DNA of 58,843 nucleotides from Candidatus Wolfebacteria bacterium (GCA_022616195.1 JAKEFG010000001.1:1-58843); one strand, 5' to 3'; positions 10,187 through 19,983 are shown, counted from the first letter of the stretch. Numbers and translations: made by a program. Notes: generated by a model from the letters alone, not told the origin.

Positions 10187-10439
10187 GAAACAATAATATA
10201 ATAATGGTTATTAAGAGAATTTCTGTTTTTTTAGATAAAACATATTACTATTATTAGTGTTGTTGATAGGTGGAAAACCAAAACAAAACCCAACAGTCTT
10301 TGTTTTTTCAAGTATATCGGTGCGTAAGCGTGGGATAAAACATCTATGATATTGTTGACAGCTTTTTACCAACTATTAAACTCTCAACTTACACACAAAC
10401 TATCAACACACACAACAAAACTATTCCACAAAGCTGTCC
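10187..10439. promoter_or_regulatory. Probable oriC (dnaA-dnaN intergenic region)
   Basis: AT-rich tract at 10187-10260 followed by DnaA-box variants: TGTTGATAG 10261, TTACACACA 10389, CTATCAACA 10400, TATTCCACA 10422. Confidence 0.7.
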
Positions 10440-11777
10440 TCAAAGTAATGCGCGTATCTGATTAATCTCTTGCTCGAGCTCTGTGTCGGTACCCAGCTCC
10501 CGTTTTATTTTTTCATATGAGTGGATAACGGTTGTGTGGTCGCGGTTACCAATTTTTTGGCCAATCGCTGGGTAGGGCAGACTGAAGTCCTCACGAAGAA
10601 TATACATGATAAGCTGGCGCGGCTTCACAACCTCCTTCTTGCGTGTTTTCTTGTACACACTCTCCTCATCAATGTTGTAGAAATCAGCTATTACCCGCAC
10701 CACGTCTTTAACAGGAATAATACGTCTCGGCCGGAGATTGTTTTTGAGAAGCGTCTTAACCTCACCCAGAGAGAGCTCTCGTTGTTTTAGTTGGCACTGG
10801 CACACTAGTGTATTGAGCGCCCCCTCAAGCTCTCGAACATTGCCGTCTATAGTTGCCGCGAGGTGGTCAAGCACCTCGTCGTTGAACGAAAACCCAAGAA
10901 GCCCCGACTTCGCCTTAAGAATAGCCACCCGGGACTCCTTGTCGGGGGCTCCAATGTCGACGATCATGCCGGCATTAAATCGTGATTTGAGCCGCTCCTC
11001 TAGGTTGGGGATATAGTTTGGATGCTGGTCCGACGAAAAAACAATCTGACGGTTACTGTCGTACAGTGTGTTAAAAAGATGAAACAACTCCTCCTGCATT
11101 TTCTCCTTGTGTGAGAGGAACTGAACATCATCCATGATGAACACATCATATTTACGATACTTTTCCTTGAACGCATTAACTTTGTTTGATTGGAGGGCGT
11201 TGACAAGCTCCTGACTAAATTTTTCCGATGTGATATAAAAAACCTTTTTGTTGGGATAATTTTTTTTCACGACATTTCCAACTCCTTGGATCAAATGAGT
11301 TTTACCATACCCTGTTCTTCCATATACAAATAGCGGGTTGTATGAGGTACCAAGATTTTTGATTACCTGTTGCGCGGCGGCATACGCAAGTTCATTGAAC
11401 GAGCCAACAACGAACGAGTCGAAAACATAACGTGGATTAAGGTTATCTTCCTTGTTGATGTACAGGTCCTGTAGGGGCAATGCTCCTGGTGTGGGTGGGA
11501 GTGTGTGCGTGTCTTCAACCTGGTCATGTTTTCGTCGGGACACAACATACTCAAGCGACCGCACATCACCCACGAACGAACGTAGAGTTTTAAGAAGTAG
11601 AGCGTGGTATTTGCTGGAAACCCACTCTTTAACAAATTGGTTGGGAAGTGACAGATATACCACCCCGTCCTCTTGTTTCGATATATATGCGTCCTTGAAC
11701 CACGTTGTAAAATTAGCTTTTGAGATACCACCCTCAATCTCGGCGAGCGCGAGCACCCACAACTCTTTGTTGTCCAT
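10440..11777 (-). CDS. dnaA: Chromosomal replication initiator DnaA
   Basis: LNPRYVFDSFVVG, YNPLFVYG, GYGKTHL, QEELFHLFN, RDHTTVIHS. Start could instead be 11795. Confidence 0.98.
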   Translation of the reverse strand: MDNKELWVLALAEIEGGISKANFTTWFKDAYISKQEDGVVYLSLPNQFVKEWVSSKYHALLLKTLRSFVGDVRSLEYVVSRRKHDQVEDTHTLPPTPGALPLQDLYINKEDNLNPRYVFDSFVVGSFNELAYAAAQQVIKNLGTSYNPLFVYGRTGYGKTHLIQGVGNVVKKNYPNKKVFYITSEKFSQELVNALQSNKVNAFKEKYRKYDVFIMDDVQFLSHKEKMQEELFHLFNTLYDSNRQIVFSSDQHPNYIPNLEERLKSRFNAGMIVDIGAPDKESRVAILKAKSGLLGFSFNDEVLDHLAATIDGNVRELEGALNTLVCQCQLKQRELSLGEVKTLLKNNLRPRRIIPVKDVVRVIADFYNIDEESVYKKTRKKEVVKPRQLIMYILREDFSLPYPAIGQKIGNRDHTTVIHSYEKIKRELGTDTELEQEINQIRALL

Positions 11778-11880
11778 TGATTGTGTTTGTGTCATACCGG
11801 ACGGTGAGTCAACGTTTTGCATTATATACACCTCACGATTTTACGGAACTTGTACAAAAAGGACATATATGTTAATACTA

Positions 11881-11900
11881 TGTGGGCAACGTGTGGGTAA
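11881..11900. promoter_or_regulatory. DnaA-box-like pair in dnaA/rpmH divergent promoter region
   Basis: TGTGGGCAA at 11881 and TGTGGGTAA at 11892. Confidence 0.5.
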
Positions 11901-11964
11901 CGAGAGCCCGAAAGTACAACCAAGACACATCTACAAGCGAATAGTCAATAATTGTTGAACGGTT

Positions 11965-12099
11965 ATGAAGCGGACCTACCAACCCAAAAAAAGAAAGCGC
12001 AGCAAAACACACGGCTTCAGAGCGCGGCGCTCGTCGCCCGGCGGGTCAAAAACCATTACACGCCGGCGTCGAAAAGGGCGAAGCCGTCTGGCAGCGTAG
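11965..12099 (+). CDS. rpmH: 50S ribosomal protein L34 (not in ORF track)
   Basis: Manual translation: [44 protein letters not shown]. Confidence 0.97.
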   Translation: MKRTYQPKKRKRSKTHGFRARRSSPGGSKTITRRRRKGRSRLAA

Positions 12100-12102
12100 T
12101 GT

Positions 12103-12447
12103 ATGTTGCCGAGAAGCAAGCGCGCAAACTCACAGATAATTTCCCCCACCCTCAAGCGGGGCAATGTGTATAACACCCCCCACCTCATACTGCGCGCGCT
12201 TCCAGGCAAGCGCACAGCATCAGCGTTTGTTGTTCCCAAACATCTCAACTGTAGCGCGGTTGAACGGAACACGCTTCGCAGGCGCGGGTATGCGGCGCTT
12301 GGCGAGCGTCTTGCAACAGTAGAGACACCGCACACACTCGTGTTCCTTTTTAAACGCGGCGCAAAAACATTGTCGACAAGAGTATTGGGCGATGAAATAC
12401 AAACCCTCTTGGACAAAGCAACTCCGAAGGAATACAATACACCGTAA
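12103..12447 (+). CDS. rnpA: RNase P protein component
   Basis: AFVVPK..SAVERNTLRRR; sits between rpmH and yidC. Confidence 0.9.
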   Translation: MLPRSKRANSQIISPTLKRGNVYNTPHLILRALPGKRTASAFVVPKHLNCSAVERNTLRRRGYAALGERLATVETPHTLVFLFKRGAKTLSTRVLGDEIQTLLDKATPKEYNTP

Positions 12448-13169
12448 TGTTTCGCGCTCTCGTTTACACCCCGCTCTATAACGGCCTGGTGTTTTTGATG
12501 GACCTACTTCCATGGGCGGACGTGGGAGTTGTGGTGGTTGTGTTCACGGTTGTTGTTCGGCTTGTTCTCTTTCCGCTTGCTCAGCGCGCGGTGAAAACAC
12601 AAATGGCAATGCGCGCACTGGAGCCGGAACTCAAACGCGTCAAAGAAAAACACACCGACAATAAACAGAAACAGGCGGAGGAGACCATGCGGCTCTATCG
12701 GGAGAACAAAGTGAACCCCTTCTCCAGTTTTTTAGTGCTCTTAATACAACTACCGATTATTTTTGGACTGTATTTTATTTTTTTACGCGGGGGGTTACCA
12801 AACATTGATACCGACCTTCTCTACTCATTTGTCTCAACGCCGGAGTCGGTTACCATGATGTTTTTGGGTCTCGTTGACCTGTCAAAAAAAAGCCTCATTC
12901 TCGCTGTTTTGACGGGAGTGACGCAGTTTGTGCAAGGCCGTCTTGCCGTTCCCATGACCCCGCCTCGGGCGAAGAACGCGTCGCTCAAAGACGATATCAC
13001 CCGGAGCATGCAGCTCCAGATTAAATACGTCATGCCGGTATTCATTGCTATCATTGCCTACACGCTGCCGTCGGTTATCGCGCTCTACTGGACGACCACC
13101 AACCTCTTCACGATCGGACAGGAACTCTTCGTCCGCAGAACACTCAAGAGGTCGACCAGCGCTCCCTAG
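12447..13169 (+). CDS. yidC: Membrane protein insertase YidC (short form)
   Basis: VRLVLFPL, LYRENKVNPF, LLIQLPII, LYWTTTNLFTIGQE. Confidence 0.95.
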   Translation: MFRALVYTPLYNGLVFLMDLLPWADVGVVVVVFTVVVRLVLFPLAQRAVKTQMAMRALEPELKRVKEKHTDNKQKQAEETMRLYRENKVNPFSSFLVLLIQLPIIFGLYFIFLRGGLPNIDTDLLYSFVSTPESVTMMFLGLVDLSKKSLILAVLTGVTQFVQGRLAVPMTPPRAKNASLKDDITRSMQLQIKYVMPVFIAIIAYTLPSVIALYWTTTNLFTIGQELFVRRTLKRSTSAP

Positions 13170-14398
13170 TCCTCACCTGCAACCGGTTCGAGTTGCACCA
13201 ACCATAACGACCCATCCCGTTTGTTGACGAATGAAAGTGAGCTACCGTCATCGCTCACGGATGGCGACACCATATCGATGGCCTCGCCGAAGTCGAATAA
13301 GTCGGCAATGAGAACTGCGAGTCCGGTCTCAGTGTCTATTTGCCACAGTGAGTCGGAAAGAGAGATGGTGCCACGGTACCATGAATCCGGCATGTCCACA
13401 GGGAGCGCATCCGGTACACCACAGTACACAACAGACGATAGAGACGTTCCCCACACACACTTCTCAGGGACCGTGCGAACGGAAAAGTGTTGTGTCACGC
13501 CACTATCGAGTATTGTTCGTTTGAGGAACATACCATCATCTGCTGACGCATAGATGACTGCGGTGCCGTCCTGATTTATGTTTGTTGTGAGGCCGCGCAA
13601 CCCAGCGAGCACTTTTGAGAACGAGCCGCTCTCAAGGGAGAGCAAGAAGAAGTATCCCGGAACGTTCCCGGACGGCTTTGTCGTCATGCCGATTACTTCG
13701 CTCCCTCCCCACTGCGGCAACCACTCACGCAGCAGCGAGGTAAACACCGATCTCACCGTGCCGTCAAGCAGTGTAATGTTACCCAGACTTCCGTCAGGAG
13801 TTCCAGTGAGGGAGAATACACCGCCCTCGGGGTTTGCGGCAACAGCGAGGAGGTTTGGCGGCAGAAAGTCGCCCGTGAGAAGCCCTCCTGTGCTGGTTCC
13901 CGCCGGTTCATGAACATTTCCCACAAACGTTTCAACGACGTTGGTGTCCTCCTCAAGATACTGCACAAACAGCCGGAGGGGGTCGATCCATACGGCGTTC
14001 TGTATTCGCGGGACGGTAGTGTTACTGACCGGAACTATCACTGTCGATGTCGCATACGCATCAAAGATGTGCCCGGTTGCTCGGTCGATGTAGCGGAGCA
14101 CCAACTTTCCATTCCGTTCGGTAAACACCGCCGCGGCGACCGGATCGGGCACCACCTGTCTCACGGGCGGGACAAATACCCCACCAGCATTGGTTGTTGT
14201 GCCGCCTTCGTCGGCATCGGTGTCGGTCTCTGCCTCGCCACCGAACAAGCCGAGCGGAAAGAACGTTCTGCCACTGTCTTCTGTAGAAGACGCAGTCTGT
14301 TCCCCATCATCACTTGTGGTGTAGAAGAAGATATACCACCCGACAGCTGCTGCTGCGGCGAGGAGAACTATGAAGATGGTGACAAATGTTTTTTTCAT
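13166..14398 (-). CDS. Membrane-anchored extracellular protein, probably beta-propeller
   Basis: N-terminal TM helix followed by a beta-rich region; last gene of the T4SS-like operon. Confidence 0.7.
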   Translation of the reverse strand: MKKTFVTIFIVLLAAAAAVGWYIFFYTTSDDGEQTASSTEDSGRTFFPLGLFGGEAETDTDADEGGTTTNAGGVFVPPVRQVVPDPVAAAVFTERNGKLVLRYIDRATGHIFDAYATSTVIVPVSNTTVPRIQNAVWIDPLRLFVQYLEEDTNVVETFVGNVHEPAGTSTGGLLTGDFLPPNLLAVAANPEGGVFSLTGTPDGSLGNITLLDGTVRSVFTSLLREWLPQWGGSEVIGMTTKPSGNVPGYFFLLSLESGSFSKVLAGLRGLTTNINQDGTAVIYASADDGMFLKRTILDSGVTQHFSVRTVPEKCVWGTSLSSVVYCGVPDALPVDMPDSWYRGTISLSDSLWQIDTETGLAVLIADLFDFGEAIDMVSPSVSDDGSSLSFVNKRDGSLWLVQLEPVAGED

Positions 14399-14415
14399 AA
14401 AAACCTCACCCCGCA

Positions 14416-15312
14416 TTACCTTCCGGAAATCTGACATGGTTGCCCGTAACAAATATGCCAATGCATTGACTCTTTTAAGTACTCATTGTTGCCGTGTTTG
14501 TAAATTATCCCAGCCGATGTATCTTCCGAACTGTCGGCATTGAACATTACCCATGAGTTAAAGTTACCGTTGTTGTCGTCCACATCGACGAATGGTATGC
14601 CCGGACCGTGGGTTAGGTGACCTATTGTCTCAGCACCACCCGTGACAATGATGGCACCACACCCGTTATTGTCAGTTCCGTGACCAATGACCACGTCGCA
14701 CGCATTTTTTGCTCCGATGAGACCACCAATTGCCTGTTGTGGTAGACCTGCGAGGTCGGCACAGGGACGAGTACCAGCGTTGCACGGGGCGACAACACCA
14801 ATACCCTCACCGAGCAGTCGTTCGCGTAGCTCAGCTTCTAGTGGTGTTGGGGGTAGCCCGCCCCCTGGGGCACCCGGTGGTGGAACCTGTCTCCCTACTT
14901 GATCGGTGACACGCTGGAGTGTGTTGACAATATCAAACCGCACAAGGGCGGGGTTGATGGTTTGGAGCAGGAGGAACGCGCCGAGCGCGAGGAGTAGTCC
15001 CCAGAGCGCGTCCTGAATCTTTTCCCGACCAGCGTCCTTCTTGAATATGCTTTCCGAGCCCATATATTCCACACCGCCGATGACTATCATGAGCACCGCT
15101 AAGCCGGTTGCAATGCCAAGCGCGAGCTTGAAGATTCCGTCGAGGTAGCTGCCGAGATTCGGGGCTTGTTCGCCAGCGCTCCCGATGCCCGGCAAGCTCT
15201 CCAGAAGTATTACGTTGGTGTTGCCTTGTTCTTCGGCAACGGTAATGAGGGGTGTAGCGGCCGGTGTCACAAGCAGCAGTAGAACGGCGAGTATGGTGAA
15301 AAAATGTTTCAT
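14416..15312 (-). CDS. TrbC/VirB2-like pilin with C-terminal putative metallopeptidase-like domain
   Basis: Signal peptide; LAVLMIVIGGVEYM..GREKIQDALWGLLLALGAFLLLQTINPAL pilin motif; Pro/Gly linker; VTGG..H..D..HWH tail. Confidence 0.7.
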   Translation of the reverse strand: MKHFFTILAVLLLLVTPAATPLITVAEEQGNTNVILLESLPGIGSAGEQAPNLGSYLDGIFKLALGIATGLAVLMIVIGGVEYMGSESIFKKDAGREKIQDALWGLLLALGAFLLLQTINPALVRFDIVNTLQRVTDQVGRQVPPPGAPGGGLPPTPLEAELRERLLGEGIGVVAPCNAGTRPCADLAGLPQQAIGGLIGAKNACDVVIGHGTDNNGCGAIIVTGGAETIGHLTHGPGIPFVDVDDNNGNFNSWVMFNADSSEDTSAGIIYKHGNNEYLKESMHWHICYGQPCQISGR

Positions 15313-15313
15313 G

Positions 15314-16045
15314 TCAGAATTCTATGGTAAAGGATGCCCGAGCCCTCTGGAGGATAGTTCGCGGGTTGGTAACGTCAAGCGCCACTGACGCGGTGCCGGC
15401 ATCTTCCCCCTTGTGCAATGTTATCTGCGGATTTTCCCCGGCGCGAGTGCCGTTGATGCGCCACGAGTAGACAAAGGCGTCCCGGTCAGGCCCGGAAAAG
15501 AAGAACGGATAGGCGCCGAAGGTTATCTCGTCGCGATTGAGCACCATGTCTTCTGAGAACGTGTGCTCAAAGAGTGTGCCGAGGAGTGGGCTATGCTCGT
15601 AGAAGAGCACCAAGGGGTCCGTGGTCGGGATCTGAACGACGCCCGCGGCGCGTATGGGTCCATCCTTGCTATCGCGAATTTCCACCGCTACCCTCACCGG
15701 CCCGCCCAAGATGCCGCCGGTGCGGTCGAGTGTCCGTCTCCCAAGCCCGGACAAACTTCCAAGCACCACCCCATCGGCTTTCCAGGTGTAGAACAATGCA
15801 TCGGGGTTACCGAACTGAGTGTCCGGTACAGCGACGATGTGCACATCCCCCCCGTCCGGATACAAGGCCTTGCCTTTATACAGGGGTGGCGTGTATGCAT
15901 TTGTCTCCCACAAAAGGTCAACGCCGGCAGGCAAGACAGTGACCGTCTGGACCGGAGCCTGCGAGTTTGCAGGCAACGGATAGGATATAACGAAAAGAAG
16001 CAGAATGACGAGGGCATATACACAATGTTTCTTACAAACTATCAT
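15314..16045 (-). CDS. Secreted Ig-like-domain hypothetical protein
   Basis: Signal peptide; YTPPLYKGKAL; two YxW beta-sandwich-like segments. Confidence 0.7.
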   Translation of the reverse strand: MIVCKKHCVYALVILLLFVISYPLPANSQAPVQTVTVLPAGVDLLWETNAYTPPLYKGKALYPDGGDVHIVAVPDTQFGNPDALFYTWKADGVVLGSLSGLGRRTLDRTGGILGGPVRVAVEIRDSKDGPIRAAGVVQIPTTDPLVLFYEHSPLLGTLFEHTFSEDMVLNRDEITFGAYPFFFSGPDRDAFVYSWRINGTRAGENPQITLHKGEDAGTASVALDVTNPRTILQRARASFTIEF

Positions 16046-16560
16046 GATTCGTTCGGTTGAGGAATAATCCCGTCAATGGTTCCTGTTGGCTGTTTCCGAG
16101 AACGTATGTCTCGGATGTTTGCAAGCCGACCGCGCGCCTCGCGGTTGTGTTCAGTGCTCTGGGTGATTCGCCTCGCGGTCTTGCGCACCGCTGACTTCCC
16201 TCCCCGGAGCGGCGCTTTCCCGGAGCCGCCGGGTTTCGGGAGCGCGATGCCGGTCTTCTCTTCGAGTTTGGTGAACAACAACTGTGCGCCGACAAACGCA
16301 ATCCATGTGGGGATGGCACTGATTGCGGGGATAAATTCAATGAGGGATGTCGTCCCTGTTGTGACAAGTCGTTTAGGGTTTGTAAAACCGATACTCACTC
16401 CATGCAGTTTAAACCACATCCAGAAATGGAGCCATGCGACCGGCACTATCACCACGTTTACGATAGGAATGAAACTCGCGAGGTCGTAGAGACCGGCAAC
16501 ACAAAACATGAGCGCCCATGTCGTATTCGGTACCCGATAGTTTGTGCTGGTGTCAGGCAT
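16042..16560 (-). CDS. Hypothetical membrane protein
   Basis: Hydrophobic N-terminal half (IEFIPAISAIPTW), basic tail; 4-nt overlap with the next gene. Confidence 0.7.
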   Translation of the reverse strand: MPDTSTNYRVPNTTWALMFCVAGLYDLASFIPIVNVVIVPVAWLHFWMWFKLHGVSIGFTNPKRLVTTGTTSLIEFIPAISAIPTWIAFVGAQLLFTKLEEKTGIALPKPGGSGKAPLRGGKSAVRKTARRITQSTEHNREARGRLANIRDIRSRKQPTGTIDGIIPQPNES

Positions 16561-16566
16561 AGTTAT

Positions 16567-18408
16567 CTATGGCGCCGCCGGTGCTTCAAGCGGCTGTCGA
16601 CTTATGCCGCCTTGCTCCGCCCGCGCTTTTCTGATGGCGAGGATCTGCGACGGGTCGGAAGTGATTATCTGGTCTTCGGTATATGAGGCGATGATTTTAA
16701 TGGCGACGTGTTTGAGCCCCGCGAAGAAAATCCCTTCACCAGTATTTGACTCAAGCAGAAGATACTTTTCCTCATCGGTGAGATTGAATGTCCGCTGCAC
16801 CTGGTCTATGGATGTCGGCGACTGTTTGAGAAGAAGTTGGAGGGCAGAGTTGGTAATGATGGGAAGTCCATAGGGAGAGTTCAGAAAGTCACTTACGTCT
16901 TGGGTGATGGTAGCGAGCCCCACGTTATACTTACGTCCGCGCTTGGCAAGACCAAAAAGAAAAGATGCTGTGTCCTCCGACTGCATCATCCAGTGTGCCT
17001 CGTCCACAACCACGAGTTGTTTGCGAAGATCGCGACGCACCGTATTCCAGATGAAGTGTGTAACAATGTACATTGCGACAGGCTTGAGCTCGTCCTCCAT
17101 GTCGCGCAACGAAAAGACAATGAAGCGCTTGTTAATATCTACGTTTGTCGGACGATTAATGAAGCCAGCCCATGTGCCGCGGGTGTATTTTGACAGCCGC
17201 TGAGCGAGCGACTCACCACCCTCCATACCGGAGAGCACGAGCTCAAAATCAGAGAGCAAAGGCGGTTCAATACCAGTAAAATCATTCTCGCCAGTGATGT
17301 CCTTTAAGGCGTAGGTTTCTGTAATCGCGCGGTCAATCATGGAGTCCTCCTCGGGTGAGAGTCCGCCGAGCATAATGCGAAAGAGCCCGACTAGGGTTAC
17401 GATATGCGAACGAAGGATGTTCGTAGGGTCTTCATCGGCGGTAACTGGCGGGAGATCAAACGGGTTGATGTGGTGGTCACCGGCGATCGAGATATTGAAG
17501 TGCCTGCCGCCGGCGGCTTCCGCCATGTACTCATATTCGCGCTCCGGGTCAATCACGATAACACTCGTGTCGAACATGAGCGAACGGAGCACCTCAAGCT
17601 TCGTTGTGTATGACTTGCCAGCGCCGGAGGTCGCAAAGATGACCGAGTTGTAGTTTGGGAGCGAGAATCGGTCAAAGAGGACCAAACTGGAGTTGTGTCG
17701 ATTGATGCCGTAAAGAATTCCTTTGTCCGAGGTGAGGTCAAAGGAGACGAATGGGAAGAGTGAGGAGAGTGGAGAGGTGTTGAGTTTGGAGTATACTTTG
17801 AGTTCATCTTTTGCGATCGGGAGCACGCTCTGGAACCCCTGTTCTTGCTGGAAAAGTGCCGGCCGGATGTAGATCAGTTTCGACTCAAGTATTGATTTAA
17901 TCTGAGACTCCACTTTATCCAATTCGTCATCACTTGACCCATAGATGGCTATGTAGAGTCCAACATCAAAAAGTTTCTCGGTTGCTTGTTGGAGCTGATC
18001 GCGCAGGTTCTCAAGGTCTTGGTATGCAGTGTCGAGCATCGGATCGCGCACCAGCCCTTTCTCTTCACGGATGTTGATTTGACTCTGCACCTCGGCAACT
18101 TTTTTTCTGAACTCCTTGAGAACACGTGAGGTTTCCACTGGCTGTATCACAATTGATATATCGAAAACACGATCGAGATTAATGATAGGCGAGAACCAGT
18201 TATCCGAGAGAAACCGCGGATAGGATATGACAAAGAATGACCGGACGATTTTTTCACCCAGGTCCAGCTGACGGGGTGAGATTTTGAGCGCCGGGGGCGC
18301 AATGATGTCGCGAAGCTCAAGCACACCCGCCTCATAGATGTCTTTTGGGAGGATTGGTGCGATGTCGGACCGCCTTTCTTTTTTCTTTAGAAAATCAAAA
18401 AGTGCCAT
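16567..18408 (-). CDS. virB4: VirB4/TraC-like conjugative ATPase
   Basis: ATSGAGKS Walker A, VIDPEREY, INPFDL, VVVDEAH Walker B, KRGRKYN, ITQ. Confidence 0.9.
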   Translation of the reverse strand: MALFDFLKKKERRSDIAPILPKDIYEAGVLELRDIIAPPALKISPRQLDLGEKIVRSFFVISYPRFLSDNWFSPIINLDRVFDISIVIQPVETSRVLKEFRKKVAEVQSQINIREEKGLVRDPMLDTAYQDLENLRDQLQQATEKLFDVGLYIAIYGSSDDELDKVESQIKSILESKLIYIRPALFQQEQGFQSVLPIAKDELKVYSKLNTSPLSSLFPFVSFDLTSDKGILYGINRHNSSLVLFDRFSLPNYNSVIFATSGAGKSYTTKLEVLRSLMFDTSVIVIDPEREYEYMAEAAGGRHFNISIAGDHHINPFDLPPVTADEDPTNILRSHIVTLVGLFRIMLGGLSPEEDSMIDRAITETYALKDITGENDFTGIEPPLLSDFELVLSGMEGGESLAQRLSKYTRGTWAGFINRPTNVDINKRFIVFSLRDMEDELKPVAMYIVTHFIWNTVRRDLRKQLVVVDEAHWMMQSEDTASFLFGLAKRGRKYNVGLATITQDVSDFLNSPYGLPIITNSALQLLLKQSPTSIDQVQRTFNLTDEEKYLLLESNTGEGIFFAGLKHVAIKIIASYTEDQIITSDPSQILAIRKARAEQGGISRQPLEAPAAP

Positions 18409-18410
18409 GA

Positions 18411-19067
18411 TTATTGTTGTGTTCCCGGAGGAATGGGTTTTCCCAACTCGCCCGGGTTGAAGATTTTGTAGTAGAGCTCAACCAGCTCCTCGGTACCGAG
18501 CCGCACAACGCGGATACCCGCGCCGCCGAGTCCCTGCTCTACAACGCTTAGCCGTTGTTCCAACTGGCTCCGGCTTTCTTCAAACGCCTCAATGCGGTTT
18601 TGCGCTCCCGTCTTTTTGTCACCGCCGCGCACTTTTCCAAAAATACCCTTGACACCCTCGGTTCCCTTGATGGTTGCGGCGCTGTAGGGAACGACGACGA
18701 AGAACCGTTTGGACATGATATTCACGTTCTCCACGAAACGTTTTATAAACTCAATGTATTCGCGCGTCTGGATTTTCATAAGGTCGCTGGTTTGTGCAAC
18801 GTAGCGCTCCTCAAGCAGTGCGATATAGGGGCGAATATCTAGGTCGCGTGACTCAACAAAAATCTGAATCGGGAACTCAAGAGAGTTGAGGAAATTCTGG
18901 AATTGCAAGACAATAGCCTCCTGCTCGTCCTGTGACTTAAGCGCGAAGTTTAAGGATGATGCGAGGAGCACTGCTCGCATGGATCTGTCCTTGAGCACCA
19001 CAACACCCGAGCGTATCTCCTGAATAGGCACGAAATCCTGGGATGATTTTGCTTTTGCCTGAGCCAT
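18411..19067 (-). CDS. TraC-N-like accessory protein of the VirB4 locus
   Basis: SQDFVPIQEIR..LNFALKSQDEQEAI..FQNFLNSL; between prgI and virB4. Confidence 0.75.
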   Translation of the reverse strand: MAQAKAKSSQDFVPIQEIRSGVVVLKDRSMRAVLLASSLNFALKSQDEQEAIVLQFQNFLNSLEFPIQIFVESRDLDIRPYIALLEERYVAQTSDLMKIQTREYIEFIKRFVENVNIMSKRFFVVVPYSAATIKGTEGVKGIFGKVRGGDKKTGAQNRIEAFEESRSQLEQRLSVVEQGLGGAGIRVVRLGTEELVELYYKIFNPGELGKPIPPGTQQ

Positions 19068-19082
19068 GCATCCTATTGTACC

Positions 19083-19493
19083 TTACTTTTGTTCATTCGT
19101 TTGGTCGTGTACGTCCAAACTCCATGCTAAATCTTTTAGTTTGCTATCTGAGAGTTTGGGAACGTAGAGCGCATCTTGTGTCGCCGCCCCGACCTTGCCC
19201 GCGTCTGGTTTTTTGGGTTCTTTCTTCCAAATGTAGAGACGGCTTGTAGTGAAATACTGGAAAAAAGCCGCGAGAACGTCAATGAACGGCTTGTTGTTGT
19301 ATTTATAAAATGCAAGCGCGATGGCAAGACCTGCGGCAACGGCCATCAAAGGAAGCGCGATGAGTACGGGCAGGAAGGTGTAGAGCAGGAACGCGAGTCC
19401 CGCGCCGCCAGCGAGATAAACGAATTGTTTGAAGGTCAGAGGACCGATGACCTTGTCCTCTACCTCAATAAATTGTGGCACCTGGAATCTCAT
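19083..19493 (-). CDS. PrgI-family (VirB3-like) membrane protein
   Basis: MRFQVPQFIEVEDKVIGPLTFKQF followed by two TM helices. Confidence 0.88.
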   Translation of the reverse strand: MRFQVPQFIEVEDKVIGPLTFKQFVYLAGGAGLAFLLYTFLPVLIALPLMAVAAGLAIALAFYKYNNKPFIDVLAAFFQYFTTSRLYIWKKEPKKPDAGKVGAATQDALYVPKLSDSKLKDLAWSLDVHDQTNEQK

Positions 19494-19522
19494 ACTTCGC
19501 ATGCGAAGTATGAGATTCCAGG
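19481..19522. repeat. Perfect 42-bp palindrome covering the prgI start codon
   Basis: CCTGGAATCTCATACTTCGCA|TGCGAAGTATGAGATTCCAGG. Confidence 0.9.
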
Positions 19523-19527
19523 AAGTT

Positions 19528-19954
19528 CAAATGTCAAATGACAAATGTTAAACGATGTGTTCATACCTCATGAATTCAACTTTGTATTAGAAATAATCGT
19601 TGAGAATATCTTAACAAACTCTTCTGCCTCTTGATAAAAATATCGACACTCTTGTTTCTTATCCTGATTGGCTCGAGCGATAACCCGCATCCAGTACATT
19701 GTTTCTTTCGCTTCCTTTCGAGAAATACCTATCTTGTGTACAAAATCCCTTTTTGATTCGGCGACATCGGCTTCCATATAGTTTGCTCCGATACTTGTTC
19801 CTGATTTTGTCGCTTGGTATACCAGCGGTCGGTTTATGGTATCCCGGGACAGTGTTTTCAAGAAAGTTATAAGATTCTCTGAGAATTGTGCTGTGCGTTC
19901 TGCCAAATCATATTCTTTCCCTGTGTGTTTTTGGATTTTGTCATTTGACATTTG
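19528..19954. repeat. 18-bp perfect inverted repeats (heptamer CAAATGW units) flanking four-helix-bundle gene 1
   Basis: CAAATGTCAAATGACAAA at 19528-19545; TTTGTCATTTGACATTTG at 19937-19954. Confidence 0.9.
19568..19951 (-). CDS. Four-helix-bundle protein (23S rRNA intervening-sequence protein family)
   Basis: DLAERT..Q..KSGTSIGANYMEA..AESKRDFVHKIGISRKEAKETMYW. Confidence 0.9.
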   Translation of the reverse strand: MSNDKIQKHTGKEYDLAERTAQFSENLITFLKTLSRDTINRPLVYQATKSGTSIGANYMEADVAESKRDFVHKIGISRKEAKETMYWMRVIARANQDKKQECRYFYQEAEEFVKIFSTIISNTKLNS

Positions 19955-19983
19955 GATTTATCGAATGATTTTACCGTACAAAA

